DNA of 63,972 bases, the filler included, from Malassezia furfur (Eukaryota): the NCBI GenBank assembly GCA_052055015.1. It is 5 parts of 5 records of this genome, joined end to end, with 100 filler letters (N's around TTAATTAATTAA, not from the genome) between each part and the next. Parts side by side here need not be neighbours in the genome. Positions count along the whole stretch, not along the records: positions 1 to 13,277 come from JBQJIT010000323.1; 4 more parts are not named here. One strand, written 5' to 3'. The notes below the pieces were generated by a model. That model did no database searches. It saw only the letters and a program-made list of their open reading frames with translations, and was not told the origin of the DNA. Below are positions 1 to 11,314 of the stretch, one piece after another. Made by a program: the position numbers and the translations under genes. Position 1 is the first letter of the stretch, and the number at the start of each line of letters is the position of its first letter.

Positions 1-3000
1 CGCGGAACACGATACGGAACGAGCGTTTCTCGGGAAGCATTTCGTCCATGTCTTCCAGGTCGTTGCCGAGCGACGCGCAGTCCTCGACCGTGAGGGCCTG
101 CATGAGGTCGATGCGCGTCGTGGGCCGCTTGGTCACCTCGTTGAAGCAGATCAGGTTGAGGCCCATGATGCGCATCGGCCGGCGGCGCCACGTCTTGCAG
201 TCGCCGCCGAGCTGCGTGAGGGTGCCCTTGTACGTCGTGCCGGACTGGTGCCACGCGAGGTTGTTCATGCTCATCTCGCACTCGGCCAGGTTCTTGGGCA
301 GCTCGTCCTGCATCGACACGGGCAAAGGCGGGAGGTAGAACAGGCGGAGGCGCAGCGTCCCGCGTGGCTTGCCGAGGTTCGCGGTGAATCCGCGGTGCCG
401 CTCGGCGCTCATGCGCGGGGCGTGCGCACTGCCTGTTGCGTCGTCGCCGATGGGGCGCACCGGCACGTCGAGGAGCAGCGAGCGCGCAAAGCACTTGCCC
501 TTGACCGCCTCGAGGTTCACCATCGAGCGCCCAAGCGCTCCTTTCCGGTTCGTGTAGTTCAGCATCGGCGGCACACGCGCCTTGCCCAAGAAGCGCCCGC
601 GCGAGGTGCCCGCCGTGCGCGTCGAGAAGGGGTGCAGCAGCCGTCCGACGCCCGTGCGCGGCGCACCCGGCGCAGTGCGTGAGTCCAGGACGCCGTCCTC
701 GGGCGCAGACTCGACGAGGTGGTCAGCGTGGTCGAGCATCAGCGTGAAGCTCAGCTCGAGGTTGGGGTGCTCGACCAGCTCAAACTCTTGCTGGATGGGG
801 CACAGCCCGTCGGGGCCGACGCGCAGGTCGGACGAGGCGGTTTTGACCATGTGGATGCCGTTGTCGAGCACGCAGTAGAACGAGGTCGGCTCCTTGGGCA
901 GCGGCAGCCCGCTGGGAATGAACGCATCGATCAGTACAAACGTGCGCCCCGTCGTCATTTCGCCAGGCGGCGCAGGCGGCGGCGCATCGTTGCCCGACAC
1001 ACGGCGGAACGCATTCACCTCGTTCGGCTTGCGCAGCTTCTGCCACGGCCGCTCCTCCATGGCGTGCATCGCAAACGTCGGGCGCTGCGCCAGCTCGGGA
1101 CTGTTCGACTGGAACACGCCACGGTCGCGCACGCGGTACTTTTGGTCGCTCTCGGTGACGATGCGCGACAGCTCGCGCTCAAGGAAGTGGCTAAACGGCC
1201 CCTCCTCGGCGGGCGGCGCTGGCGCTGCGGCCGGCGCATCCGCGGCCGGTGCTTCCGCAGCCGGCGCATCCGCGGCCGGCGCCGCCTCAGTGACGACCTC
1301 GTCGCCGCCGCTCGTCGAGTGGTACTCGGTGGGCGACGCCGCAGATGTTGGCGACATTGCGCGCGCCTCGACCTCGGCGGACTGCTCGTCGAACCACGAC
1401 GACTGCCGTGCAATCTCGGGTGGGACGGGCGCCGTGCCAGCTGCGGCAGGCGCAGTAGCCGGCGCGGTGCGCGGCACGCGCGTCGACTCGCTCGCGCGCC
1501 GCTTCAGGTCTGACTCGATCTGCGTCAGCGGCGACGCCAGCGACCGCCGCTCGTCGAGCGATGCACGCGTCTTGGCGACCGGCCCCAGCTCACGCAGCGG
1601 CGCAACATGCACGCGCAGGGGCGGCGCAGGACGCCCACTGCGCGACTTCGCGCGCTTCGGTGCATCGGCGGCCGGCGTCGAGGTCGCGGGGGGCGCCGCA
1701 GGGGTATAGGACGACGCAGCGGGTTCCGACGTAGGGGTGGCCTGCACTTCGGTGTCAGGCGCCTCGGGCGCTTCGGGCTCGTCGGACGGCAGCTCGGGCG
1801 TACGCTCGACGGGCAGGCCCTGGCGCCGGCGATCCATGCGCTGCCGCACGGCGTCGCGCGTAATGTGGGGGCGCACCGTGCGTACAGGCATCTCGACGGC
1901 CTTGCGCGACGGCGACGGTTCGGCCGGCAGCAGGCCCTCGAAGGTAATCGGGCTCCAGCTCGGGAGCGTGGGCAGGTCTGGCGACGCGAGCGTCGGCGCG
2001 GGCGGCGGCGCGGGCGGCGACGCCGACTCGGCATGATCGAGGCGCCGAATCGACGGGCTGGTCACCATGTGCACCTCAGGTTCCGGCGCGGGCGCCTCGC
2101 CGGCGCTGGGCACCTCGCTCGGGAACATGTCACGCTCGTCCGGCCCCGCAAGGAACTCGTCCTGAAGCAGCGCGTCGACGAGGTTTTCGACACGCTCGGC
2201 GGCCATCAGACTGCTCGTGTCCTGCCGCTCGTACGACACATCGGGGCGCTCATGGACGGTGCGCTGCGACTCGTCAAACGACAGCTCGTCGCGTGCCCAG
2301 GTCGCGCCGAGGCCAAGCGCGGCGCCGTTGCTCATCGAGGTGATGGGCGGTGCGAGCCCACCATAGTTCATCGCTGGGGCTGCAAGCGCCGGCGCCGGCG
2401 CCGGCACCGGAGAAGGCGCAGATGCTGGCTCCGTCGTGCGATCGATCGGCGGCACCACGTCGGTCGACACGGCATCTGGCTCGGCACTCGGCAGCGCCTC
2501 CAGCGGGCGGTCCAGCATCTGGTCCACGTTCGCCGAAAGATCCGAGCGGCTATCGCCCGACGTCGTCGACGGCGCAGTGACCATCGTCGCAGGCAGGCCC
2601 GTGGACCTGGGCGCCTCAGTGTACGACTCGGTGATTACCGTGGTCGTGTGGGTGTGGGTCGTAGGCTCCTCGGTATCTTGAATATAGGTCAGCGACACGC
2701 GCGGCACCGTAGGCGCCTCGGAGTCGGCGCGCGCAAGTGCCGTCGGCGACGGTGCGCGCCCCTCGAACGACTCGTCGAGCAGGGTATCGACGGTGGTCGG
2801 CTCCGTGGCATGTGTCATGTTGTGCACTGCCCCTGATACGGCGGTGGGGATGGGCGGCGCCTCGCGCGAAGGGATGGGTGTATCGTAGGCGGCCTGGGCT
2901 GTCGCTGCCCCGCGCTGGCTGCGCCACGACTCCGGCTCCTCGGGTGCCTCGGGGATCGGCGCTTCGCGCGGCGGGATCTCCTGCAAGAAGGAGGCGGATC

Positions 3001-3400
3001 CACCGGCGCGCGGCATGCGCACGTACGCGTCAATAATCGCCGGCGCAACCTGCGAGTCGCGCGAGACGTCAAAGTCTATCGACGCGTCCGCGGCGCTCCA
3101 GCTTTCGTCGCCGGGTTTAGGAGGCGAGTATTGCTCGAGCACATCGTCGATCACCAGCCGGTCGCGCGTCGCAAGCGACGGCAGCACGCCGGGGCGGCGG
3201 AACGGCGGCTTGGCCGACCGCAGCTCGGACGCCGGCACATCCCCCGCACCCGTGTACCACGAGGACGGCGGTGCCGGGGCGTCCTCGACGACGATTCCGA
3301 GGCCCATTCCACTAGTTGACTCGTTCGCGCCCGTGGGCGCGTCAGAAGATGGTGCGCTGCTTCGCATCGCACGCACCGCGCTCGGCTCGGACGAACGCAT
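1..3400 (-). CDS. BUD4: Bud4/anillin-like septin-organising protein, 3' end runs off the window
   Basis: Minus-strand frame from ATG 3400 appears open to the window edge (absent from the ORF track, consistent with no stop). Anillin-homology segment [24 protein letters not shown] and PH-domain start [18 protein letters not shown]. Start codon uncertain. Confidence 0.8.
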   Translation of the reverse strand, partial: MRSSEPSAVRAMRSSAPSSDAPTGANESTSGMGLGIVVEDAPAPPSSWYTGAGDVPASELRSAKPPFRRPGVLPSLATRDRLVIDDVLEQYSPPKPGDESWSAADASIDFDVSRDSQVAPAIIDAYVRMPRAGGSASFLQEIPPREAPIPEAPEEPESWRSQRGAATAQAAYDTPIPSREAPPIPTAVSGAVHNMTHATEPTTVDTLLDESFEGRAPSPTALARADSEAPTVPRVSLTYIQDTEEPTTHTHTTTVITESYTEAPRSTGLPATMVTAPSTTSGDSRSDLSANVDQMLDRPLEALPSAEPDAVSTDVVPPIDRTTEPASAPSPVPAPAPALAAPAMNYGGLAPPITSMSNGAALGLGATWARDELSFDESQRTVHERPDVSYERQDTSSLMAAERVENLVDALLQDEFLAGPDERDMFPSEVPSAGEAPAPEPEVHMVTSPSIRRLDHAESASPPAPPPAPTLASPDLPTLPSWSPITFEGLLPAEPSPSRKAVEMPVRTVRPHITRDAVRQRMDRRRQGLPVERTPELPSDEPEAPEAPDTEVQATPTSEPAASSYTPAAPPATSTPAADAPKRAKSRSGRPAPPLRVHVAPLRELGPVAKTRASLDERRSLASPLTQIESDLKRRASESTRVPRTAPATAPAAAGTAPVPPEIARQSSWFDEQSAEVEARAMSPTSAASPTEYHSTSGGDEVVTEAAPAADAPAAEAPAADAPAAAPAPPAEEGPFSHFLERELSRIVTESDQKYRVRDRGVFQSNSPELAQRPTFAMHAMEERPWQKLRKPNEVNAFRRVSGNDAPPPAPPGEMTTGRTFVLIDAFIPSGLPLPKEPTSFYCVLDNGIHMVKTASSDLRVGPDGLCPIQQEFELVEHPNLELSFTLMLDHADHLVESAPEDGVLDSRTAPGAPRTGVGRLLHPFSTRTAGTSRGRFLGKARVPPMLNYTNRKGALGRSMVNLEAVKGKCFARSLLLDVPVRPIGDDATGSAHAPRMSAERHRGFTANLGKPRGTLRLRLFYLPPLPVSMQDELPKNLAECEMSMNNLAWHQSGTTYKGTLTQLGGDCKTWRRRPMRIMGLNLICFNEVTKRPTTRIDLMQALTVEDCASLGNDLEDMDEMLPEKRSFRIVFR
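1228..1283. repeat. About 3 copies of a 15-nt coding tandem repeat in BUD4
   Basis: Unit ~CCGGCGCATCCGCGG, encoding PAA(D/E)A on the minus strand. Confidence 0.6.
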
Positions 3401-3455
3401 ATCGAAGCCCAACGCGAGGAACAACACTCGGCGCGTCGAGGTATCACGTGATTTT
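3401..3455. promoter_or_regulatory. 55-bp bidirectional promoter with TCACGTGA E-box (3444-3451)
   Basis: Lies between divergent ATGs at 3400(-) and 3456(+); palindromic bHLH (Cbf1-type) site. Confidence 0.55.
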
Positions 3456-5480
3456 ATGCTGCGAAGACTCGCGACGCTCGCCGCGCCGGTGCATACGGTG
3501 GTGATCGGCGGGGGGCACGCGGGCGTCGAGGCGGCCGCCGCGTCGGCGCGCACCGGCGCTTCGACCGTGCTACTGACCACCAAGTCCAGCACCATCGGCG
3601 AGCTGAGCTGCAATCCGAGCATGGGTGGCATCGGCAAGGGTACCCTCACCCGTGAGACCGACGCGCTCGGCGGCCTCGCGGGCATCGCAGCCGACGCCGC
3701 TGCGATCCAGTTCCGCATGTTGAACCGGTCCAAAGGAGCGGCCGTGCATGGGCCGCGTGCGCAGCTCGATCGGTATCTGTACAAAACGCACATCCAGCGT
3801 GCATTGCGCGACGTGCCGCACCTGACCATCCGCGAGGCGCATGTTCATGGCCTCGCGCTCGATTGGCACCCAGCGCCGTCCGGCGAGGCCCAAGCATCGG
3901 TGCGCGGCGTCTCACTTTCTACGGGCGAGATCATTCCGTGCGAGCAGGTTGTGCTGTGCACCGGTACTTTCTTGGCGGCCTCCATCTTGCTCGGCAAGCA
4001 GCGGCGCCCAGCGGGGCGCATGCTGCCGATGCCTAGCCACGGAGACGAGCCAAGCACCGAGGGCCTGAGCGATGCGCTCGCACGCGCCGGTTTCCAGCTC
4101 GGCCGCCTCAAGACTGGCACGCCAGCACGCATCGACGCGGCCAGCGTCCAGCTTGGCGCGCGGTTCCCTGGGGAACAGGGCCGCCCAGCGCGCTCGCCGG
4201 CACTCGAAGCGATGCCCGGTGACGAGGTGCCCGCGCGTTTCTCGTACCTCGACACACCCATTCATCCGGATGCACACATGTACACGTTTGGTACACGCAC
4301 CACACCGACGACTCATGCCATTGTGCGGGAGCAGATTGAGCACGGCAAAGACTACGAAATGACCAAGCTCACCGGGCCGCGGTACTGCCCCTCGCTTGAA
4401 GTCAAGGTGGTGCGCTTTGCGCACAAGGAGTCGCATCCCGTCTGGCTCGAGCCCGAGGGGTTCCTCGACACGCCGCAGGGCGACGGCCACGTCCTGTACC
4501 CCAACGGCCTGTCGTGCTCGCTGCCGCCAGAGGTACAGGAGCGCATGATCCGCTCGATCCCCGGGCTCGAGCAGGCCGTGATGCTTCGCCCCGGCTATGC
4601 GGTCGAGTACGACCATATCGATCCGCGCGAACTGCTCCCCACGCTTGAAAGCCGTCGGATCCGTGGCCTTGCTTTGGCAGGGCAGATCAATGGCACAACG
4701 GGCTACGAGGAAGCCGGCGCCCAGGGCCTTGTTGCCGGGCTCAATGCTGGTCTGCGTGCGCAGCGGCGCCCCGAGGTGGTCCTAGGACGTGCGGATGCGT
4801 TTGTCGGGGTAATGATTGACGACCTGCGCATCCAGGGTGTACAGGAGCCGTACCGCATGTTTACGTCGCGCTCCGAGTACCGCCTCTCGATCCGCGCGGA
4901 CAATGCGGACCTGCGCCTCACGAAGAAACTCCTCGAGCAGTGCCCTGACACTGTGAGCGTCGAGCGCCGTGCGGCACTTGAGCGTGTCGAGGGGGACCTG
5001 GCGTATGGCATGCATCTTCTTCGCGCAACCAAAATGACGTCGAGTCGTTGGGCACAGTATGGCCTCGGTGTGGACGGCGACGTACGGACGCTGAGTGCAC
5101 TGGATGTGATGCGCCGCCCGCATGCACGCATCGCGTCGCTCTTGGACGTGATCCCTGAACTTTCCACGCTACCGACCAACACACTCAACCGCCTCGAGAC
5201 CGAAGCGGTGTACCTGCCGTTGCTCGAGCGACAGCAGACCGAGATCGAGATGCTTGCGCGTGACGAACGCGTGCCTATCCCTGCGTCGCTTGACTATGCG
5301 TGCCTTGATGGCCTAAGCCGCGAGATGCGTGAGCGCTTCGAGCATGTGCGCCCTCGCACGCTTGGCGAAGCGAAGCGCGTTGCAGGGTGCACGCCGGCGT
5401 GCTACGCCGTGCTTTGGCGGCACTGCCATGCGGACCCACGCAGCGCAGCACCGCGTGCTGAGCACCGGAGCAGCGCGTAG
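3456..5480 (+). CDS. MTO1: Mitochondrial tRNA uridine modification enzyme MTO1/GidA (MnmG)
   Basis: [63 protein letters not shown]. Start placed at MLRRLATL (mitochondrial-presequence-like). Confidence 0.95.
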   Translation: MLRRLATLAAPVHTVVIGGGHAGVEAAAASARTGASTVLLTTKSSTIGELSCNPSMGGIGKGTLTRETDALGGLAGIAADAAAIQFRMLNRSKGAAVHGPRAQLDRYLYKTHIQRALRDVPHLTIREAHVHGLALDWHPAPSGEAQASVRGVSLSTGEIIPCEQVVLCTGTFLAASILLGKQRRPAGRMLPMPSHGDEPSTEGLSDALARAGFQLGRLKTGTPARIDAASVQLGARFPGEQGRPARSPALEAMPGDEVPARFSYLDTPIHPDAHMYTFGTRTTPTTHAIVREQIEHGKDYEMTKLTGPRYCPSLEVKVVRFAHKESHPVWLEPEGFLDTPQGDGHVLYPNGLSCSLPPEVQERMIRSIPGLEQAVMLRPGYAVEYDHIDPRELLPTLESRRIRGLALAGQINGTTGYEEAGAQGLVAGLNAGLRAQRRPEVVLGRADAFVGVMIDDLRIQGVQEPYRMFTSRSEYRLSIRADNADLRLTKKLLEQCPDTVSVERRAALERVEGDLAYGMHLLRATKMTSSRWAQYGLGVDGDVRTLSALDVMRRPHARIASLLDVIPELSTLPTNTLNRLETEAVYLPLLERQQTEIEMLARDERVPIPASLDYACLDGLSREMRERFEHVRPRTLGEAKRVAGCTPACYAVLWRHCHADPRSAAPRAEHRSSA

Positions 5481-5618
5481 GCTGTGTGTGCTCTCCGAGC
5501 GCGGTATTATCCGTAGGTTTCGCCGTACTTTGCCGCACTAGATACCCCACACCCCCTGGTCTCGCGGCGTTGGCAGCGCCTTCTGGGGCGCCCCAAGTCG
5601 GAAACCTGACTAAGCGAG

Positions 5619-8609
5619 ATGCCACCACGAAGGAAGCAGCCTGCCCGAGTGGAGAAGCCGCGGAGCGGCCGTGCAGCTGCGGCGCCGACGCCGGAGCCTG
5701 CAGCGCCGGAACCCACGCCGGCGCTCGACCCTGATGCGATGAAGAAGGTGCCGATCAAGTACACGCCGGAGCGCAAGTACCCGCTGCGGGAGCTCGGCAT
5801 GCTCGCAGCGTTTGTCGCAATGCTGATTTCCTTTACGCTGCGGATGCACTACCAGCTGCCTACGCCGATGGAAGCGACGACGCCCGCCGCACCGAAGCCG
5901 ATCAAGCCGGCGTCGGATGCATGGTATGCGTCGCTGCTTGCAGGAAAGCACGACGCCGAGTCGTTGCCGATGTACGACCCCGCGAAGGTCACGTCCGTTG
6001 CGCCCGTGCACGGTCCGCTGTACCACTACTTTTCCGAGGGCAATGCGATGCTCACGATACAGCACCTGGCCGAGGACATTGGCTTCCGTGTGGTCGGCAC
6101 GCAGCAGCACATTGATGCTGAGGAGTGGCTGAGCGGCATTCTGTCGCGCTACGTCGGTGCACACGACACGGGCAAGGGTGCCTACGAGACGCACGTCGAG
6201 CTTTTCACGCAGTTTGGCGACGGTGCGCACCGCTTCGACATTTTGGGCCATCCTGTGTGGAAGCAGTACTACTCCATGTCCAACCTGATTGTGCGCATCT
6301 CGGACGGCACGCCCGAGTCGCTGGAGAACACGCTGCTGATCAATGCACACATCGACAGCACGCTGCCGACGCCCGGTGGTGCGGACGACGGCGCGGGCGT
6401 TGCAATCATGATGGAGCTGCTGCGCGTGCTGACGCTGCCCGGTGCGCCGCGTGTGCGCCACGGCATTGTGCTGCTGTTCAACAACGGCGAAGAGTCGCTG
6501 CAGGATGCGTCGCACCTGTACATGACGCAGCACGACGAGACGAACCGCAACATCCGCGCGGTGATCAACCTCGAGGCGTGCGGCGTGTCGGGCCCTGAGC
6601 TGCTGTTCCAGGCGACGAATGCGGAGCTGATCCGTGCGTATGGGAAGGTGCCGCACCCCTTCGGCACGGTGCTGGCGAGCGATGTCTTCTCGTCCGGCCT
6701 GATCATGTCCGACACCGACTTCCGCCAGTTTGTCGAGTATGGCCACGGCCTGCCCGGCCTCGACATGGCGGTCGTCGGCTCGTCGTACCTGTACCACACG
6801 CGCCTCGACCGGCCCGCACACATTGAGCGCGGCGTGCTGCAGCACTTTGGCGAGAACGTCTTTTCGCTCGTGGACACGCTTGCCCTGCAAGAGACGTCGG
6901 CGCTGCCCAACGTGCGCCCGTGGCCGTTCCGTGCGAAGCAGATTCTGCCCGTATACTTCTCCGTGTTTGGGCGCTACCTGTTCCAGATGGCGCCCAAGAT
7001 GTTCAAGGGCACAGTGATCGGCATGTCGCTCGCGGCCAACTTTTTCCTGAGCGCGATCAACTCGAGTGAGACACGCGTGAGCGCGATCCACTACGCGCTG
7101 CTGTGTGCGCTCGGCGTGGTCGGCAACCTGCTTGCGGCGCTTGTCGGGGCGAATGCCGTCGCGCTTGTGCTGCGCACGCTAAACCGCCCCATGGCGTGGT
7201 ATGCGCACGAGTTCTACGCGATGCTCCTCTACATCCCGCCGGCGCTTGCGGCGATCGTCGCGGTGCAGTTCGGCCTGCACTACCTCGTCGAAAAGACGCG
7301 CCGGCCCTACCTGGAGCACGCATCGTTCACCGGAAGCTACCTGCTGTTCACGTTTGGGCTGCTGGTGATGAACATGTTTGGCCTCGGCTCGGCGTACCTG
7401 ATGCTGCTTGCGTCGCTCGCGAGCCTCGTGCCGATCACGCTCAACGACGTGGGCATTATTGGCCTCGACCGCATCGCGAGCGGACAGGTGCCTCCGGACC
7501 GCCGTGTGGTGTTTGGCACCTACTTCTTGGCGGTGATCGCCGCGGCGACGCTCGGTGTCGACGGCCTCTGTGCGTTCCTGGACATGCTCGTGCCGCTCAT
7601 GGGACGCATGGGCAAGGAGGTGCCGGTCGACTACGTGATTGCGTCGCTCGTCGCGGCGCTGACGACGCTCAACACAGCGTGCCTGGTGCCGCTGACGCAC
7701 CGCTATGGTGTGCCATTCATGCGCCGCGCGATGGTGGTGTTGGTGGGCGCCAGCATGCTGGCGACTGCGTTCTTTGCTGTGCCCGGCGTGCCGACGTTCG
7801 ACAAGCTGCACCCCCGCCGCCTGCTGGTGCACCACGTCGAGAACATCACGAGCGGCGAGTGGCACGTCGCGATGAGTACGCTCGATGCCGCGCCTTCGGA
7901 CCCGGCGATGATGCGCGACATTGAGGGCGTGCTGCTGAAGGGCGAGGCACCAACGCGCCTGTCGTGGGAGAATGCGACCGTGTCGGCAGACATGGACGTC
8001 CTTTTCCCGCTCACGCACTTTATCGACAGCACGCGCGTCGGTCTTCCTGCGACGCCGGCACGCACCGCCGCGTCGCGCGACGTGGCGCGCTGGCGCGACT
8101 TCCGTGTGTCGTGTGCGTCCGAGGTCGACGAGGCGAACGCCACGCGCACCATCCAGCTGCATCTGCACCACCCGGCGCTCGCGTGGTCGACGGTGTCGTT
8201 CGACGCGGACGTCGTCGACTGGGACTTCCCTGCGCCGCCGCCCGAGGGCATGCGCCGGCACCACCTCAAGGACGTGTCGCGCCTCGGCGCGGACGACTGG
8301 ACGATGCGCCTCGTCGTGCGCATGACGCCCGAGCAGCTCGCGGCGTGGCGCGCGGACAGCAGCAAGAAGGTGCGTGAGTCGCTGCGTCGCTCGCCGCCAA
8401 CGCATGTCTCGACGCCGCACAGCAAGTGGCGCATGCCTGTGCATTATTCGAGTCTAGATGCATGGGGTATGTATCCGCACCACAAGGACACCAGCATGGA
8501 TCGCTTGTCGATGCAGACGCTGCGCGACATGGACACGCTGCTCCTGGAGAAGTACCCGGAGGTGGACGCGATGCTCATGAGCGTCATTGCCGGCGTCTCC
8601 GAATGCTAG
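5619..8609 (+). CDS. ER membrane metallopeptidase, M28 family (ERMP1/FXNA-like)
   Basis: 996-aa ORF; NAHIDS..PGGADDG, LLFNNGEE, SDTDFRQF, YHTRLD, followed by multiple TM helices. Confidence 0.92.
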   Translation: MPPRRKQPARVEKPRSGRAAAAPTPEPAAPEPTPALDPDAMKKVPIKYTPERKYPLRELGMLAAFVAMLISFTLRMHYQLPTPMEATTPAAPKPIKPASDAWYASLLAGKHDAESLPMYDPAKVTSVAPVHGPLYHYFSEGNAMLTIQHLAEDIGFRVVGTQQHIDAEEWLSGILSRYVGAHDTGKGAYETHVELFTQFGDGAHRFDILGHPVWKQYYSMSNLIVRISDGTPESLENTLLINAHIDSTLPTPGGADDGAGVAIMMELLRVLTLPGAPRVRHGIVLLFNNGEESLQDASHLYMTQHDETNRNIRAVINLEACGVSGPELLFQATNAELIRAYGKVPHPFGTVLASDVFSSGLIMSDTDFRQFVEYGHGLPGLDMAVVGSSYLYHTRLDRPAHIERGVLQHFGENVFSLVDTLALQETSALPNVRPWPFRAKQILPVYFSVFGRYLFQMAPKMFKGTVIGMSLAANFFLSAINSSETRVSAIHYALLCALGVVGNLLAALVGANAVALVLRTLNRPMAWYAHEFYAMLLYIPPALAAIVAVQFGLHYLVEKTRRPYLEHASFTGSYLLFTFGLLVMNMFGLGSAYLMLLASLASLVPITLNDVGIIGLDRIASGQVPPDRRVVFGTYFLAVIAAATLGVDGLCAFLDMLVPLMGRMGKEVPVDYVIASLVAALTTLNTACLVPLTHRYGVPFMRRAMVVLVGASMLATAFFAVPGVPTFDKLHPRRLLVHHVENITSGEWHVAMSTLDAAPSDPAMMRDIEGVLLKGEAPTRLSWENATVSADMDVLFPLTHFIDSTRVGLPATPARTAASRDVARWRDFRVSCASEVDEANATRTIQLHLHHPALAWSTVSFDADVVDWDFPAPPPEGMRRHHLKDVSRLGADDWTMRLVVRMTPEQLAAWRADSSKKVRESLRRSPPTHVSTPHSKWRMPVHYSSLDAWGMYPHHKDTSMDRLSMQTLRDMDTLLLEKYPEVDAMLMSVIAGVSEC

Positions 8610-8640
8610 TCGAGCCGCCATAGTCGTACAAAACCGCGCG

Positions 8641-9382
8641 CTACTCGCGCAACGTACTCCCGATCGAGAAAGGGAAGGGCATTAGACTCGCGTCGCCCAC
8701 CGCCGGCAGCTGCGCCTGGTGCTCGTTGGCAAAGGTGAGTGCGGCCACTGCGTCAGTGTCTCACGTACAGAGGAAGGGGCCCAGCTCCGGCGATACGCTC
8801 CCCGGCGCCGCCTCGTAGACAATGCGCACGCTGAGCAGCCACTGCTCAAACGCCTCGGGCAGCGTCTCGAATGCCTCGTCGCGCGTCAGCACACGCCGTG
8901 CCTGCCCCCCGCGTGCATCTGACTTGCCGCCCGCCAGTGCGGACGCGAGCCACGAGTACGGCGAGTGGAAGATGGGGTACGACGGCGGCGCGCGGTCCTG
9001 CGCAGCAGGCGGCGCCGACGGTGACCGCGGCGTTTCAGCCGGCTCGTGCCACGATACGAGGATATCGACGAGCGCCGTGCCCTCGCGCTTCACCTCCTCG
9101 TCTGCGCGAGCAAGAATCTTGGCGGTTGTCTCTGCAACGCGCTTCTGCATCGTCGCGTCCAAGACATGCGGCTGCGTCAGACGACACGACGCACCAACTC
9201 CACGCCGCACACCTCGACGGTCATCGGCTCCAGCGTACCGAGCAGCCGGAAAAAAAGGACCGTGTGCAGCATGCCCTCAATCACCTCCTCGGCCTGTGCA
9301 CGCGCGAGCGTCTGGATGAGCGTGTGCTACGCACCACCTCGTGCGTAAACAGCGGCGGCGCGCTGGGGCGCATCGTGGGCAT
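8641..9382 (-). CDS. ATG101: Autophagy protein Atg101 (4 exons)
   Basis: Removing introns 9312-9334 (23 nt), 9172-9194 (23) and 8748-8768 (21) gives VIEGMLHTVLFFRLLGTLEP..AFEQWLLSV..HQAQLPAVGDASLMPFPFSI, the Atg101 pattern. Confidence 0.8.
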
Positions 9383-9408
9383 GTGGAGGCGGGGTGGGGT
9401 ATCTCGGA

Positions 9409-10193
9409 CTATGGCAAGGGGAACGCGGCGTGGCGCTCGTAAAACGCAAGCAGCGCCTGAGGGCATCGGGCCCGCACCACGGACGTGGGGTATACAAGAC
9501 GAGCCCCGTCCTTGAACGCGAGGTGGACACACAACGTAGACGATGCGTCACGCTCCACGCGAACGATCTCGTCGACGAACGGCTCCCAGTCCTCGAGCGC
9601 GTCGTAGGTCGCGCGCGGGTCGGCAGCGCCGCGCGCCGACGATGCACCGAGCACATTTTTCCGGCGCCGTTTCGGCGTGGCTTGGCGCAGCGGCGACTCG
9701 CGCGCGACCGGCGACCTCGTCCCGGACGATATGGATGCCTGTCTCCGTGTCGCGCGCTGCGTGCGCGCCGACACATTCGACGACTGAGGCGATGATGCTG
9801 CCGATGATGATTGCGGCGGGCTTGGCGGTCCGAGCGCCGACGTGACCGAATCAGGTGCAGGATCGTATCGCGCGGCTTTCGCCTGCATCCGGCGAATCCG
9901 CTGCATGGCCTCCTCAGAGGACATAGCCTGGCGCTCTGTCCAGTACTTGAACACCATATCTTCTGCGTCGATCGAGTGTTCCTGCGTGAGTCGTAGCACA
10001 TACCTCGGGCTCCCAGGAAAACACGCTGTCCGGATCTTTCCATTTAATTAGGTATTCAAATCGATCCTGCGTGAGCACGCGCGCATACAAGTTCGGTATT
10101 GTGCCTGTGCAAGATGATCGCTTCCACGACCGCCTCTTCCATATCGTCAGACGCTGACGCGCTCGGCGGCGCGCGTCTTTCCGACGCGGCCAT
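9409..10193 (-). CDS. HP1/Swi6-like chromodomain plus chromo-shadow protein (3 exons)
   Basis: Introns 10067-10088 and 9982-10003 (22 nt each). Chromodomain VVEAIILHR..FEYLIKWKD..SWEPEE; shadow domain DWEPFVDEI..RARCPQALLAFYERH. Confidence 0.85.
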
Positions 10194-10226
10194 GGCGTCG
10201 AAAAGATCACGTGTTCCTTTGTGACC
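10194..10226. promoter_or_regulatory. 33-bp bidirectional promoter with TCACGTG (10207-10213)
   Basis: Between divergent ATGs at 10193(-) and 10227(+). Confidence 0.55.
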
Positions 10227-10443
10227 ATGAGTCCCAAGTCGGCGGCTCGTGCGCAGCTGCGTGCGCTCGAGGCACAGTTCTACCAGCAGTTTGCCGTGCC
10301 CGGCCAGGAGCCCGAGGCGGGCGACCGTGCCAGTGCTGGCACGTCTGAGGAACATAGCGACGACGATCGGCCGTCGTCGTCGGCGCAGCAAAGCGACGCG
10401 CAAAGCGACGACGACGACGACGGCGCGAGCGAAGAGGATGCGA

Positions 10444-10474
<31 letters not shown>

Positions 10475-11288
10475 AGACGATGAGGGTGACGAGGACGCGA
10501 ACGATGACGAGCTTGACGATGGCGAAGACCTTCTTCAGAGCGCCATGACGCAGCCGCCGGCGCCTACCACGTCGGCTGCGTCGCGGCGACGACCGGTGGA
10601 GACGGTGGTGTTTTCTGAGACGCGCGGCGCACCATCCGGTGCGTCTGTTCCCGCAAGTGCGCGGCGCAACTTTATGGTACGTGTGTGTCTGATGCAGTCC
10701 TCGAAAATCGAGAAAATCAATGCACAGGATACGGCACAGCCCGCTGCGGGCTCGGACGACGACGAAGAGGGCGAGGAGGACCAGCGTGCGAACGACCGCA
10801 AGCTTGCCGAGCTGCTGTCCACGTCTCTTTTCGCGCCCGGCACGAGCACGCACAAGCGGAAGCTGAACACCACGACGAACGAGACGCTGGCGCGCGTGAT
10901 GGAGCTGTCGACGTCCGACACGCTGCATGCGCACGCGGCCGGCAGTGGGTGGGGGGAGAAGCAGCTGCGTGCGCAGGAGCTCGGCAAGATGCCTGCGCGG
11001 ATCCGCGCCGGCCTCCGGCGAGCGGCTGGCGAGCGGCGCGAGCGCGACATTGAGCTGCAAAAAGAGCTGGGGCTATGGAATCCGCGCTACCAGAACCACG
11101 CGCAGCTGAGCCGCGGGTCGGCGACCGAGCGTGGCTCGCGCCCGACCGAGCCCAAGAAGCGCATGCGCGGCATCGGCTCTGGCGTCGGCTCGTTCCGCAA
11201 CGGCACGCTGCACCTGTCCGAGGCGGACGTGCGCCGGATCCAGGGCCCTCCACGCGGCCAGGCGCGCCGCCGCGGCAAAAAAAAGTAG
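10227..11288 (+). CDS. FAF1: Faf1/C1orf131-like 40S ribosome biogenesis factor
   Basis: Acidic N-terminus; C-terminal RMRGIGSGVGSFRNGTLHLSEADVRRIQG. Probable in-frame 21-nt intron 10677-10697 (NFM|SSKI). Confidence 0.7.
10446..10472 (+). repeat. (GAC)9 trinucleotide repeat encoding poly-Asp
   Basis: Directly visible within the FAF1-like CDS. Confidence 0.9.
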
Positions 11289-11314
11289 CCACGTGATTCT
11301 CCTTCGCATCGACC

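Noticed and set aside
3015..3455. 147-aa N-terminal extension of the MTO1 ORF
   Set aside because: It is the antisense shadow of the BUD4 5' region; GidA homology starts just after ATG 3456.
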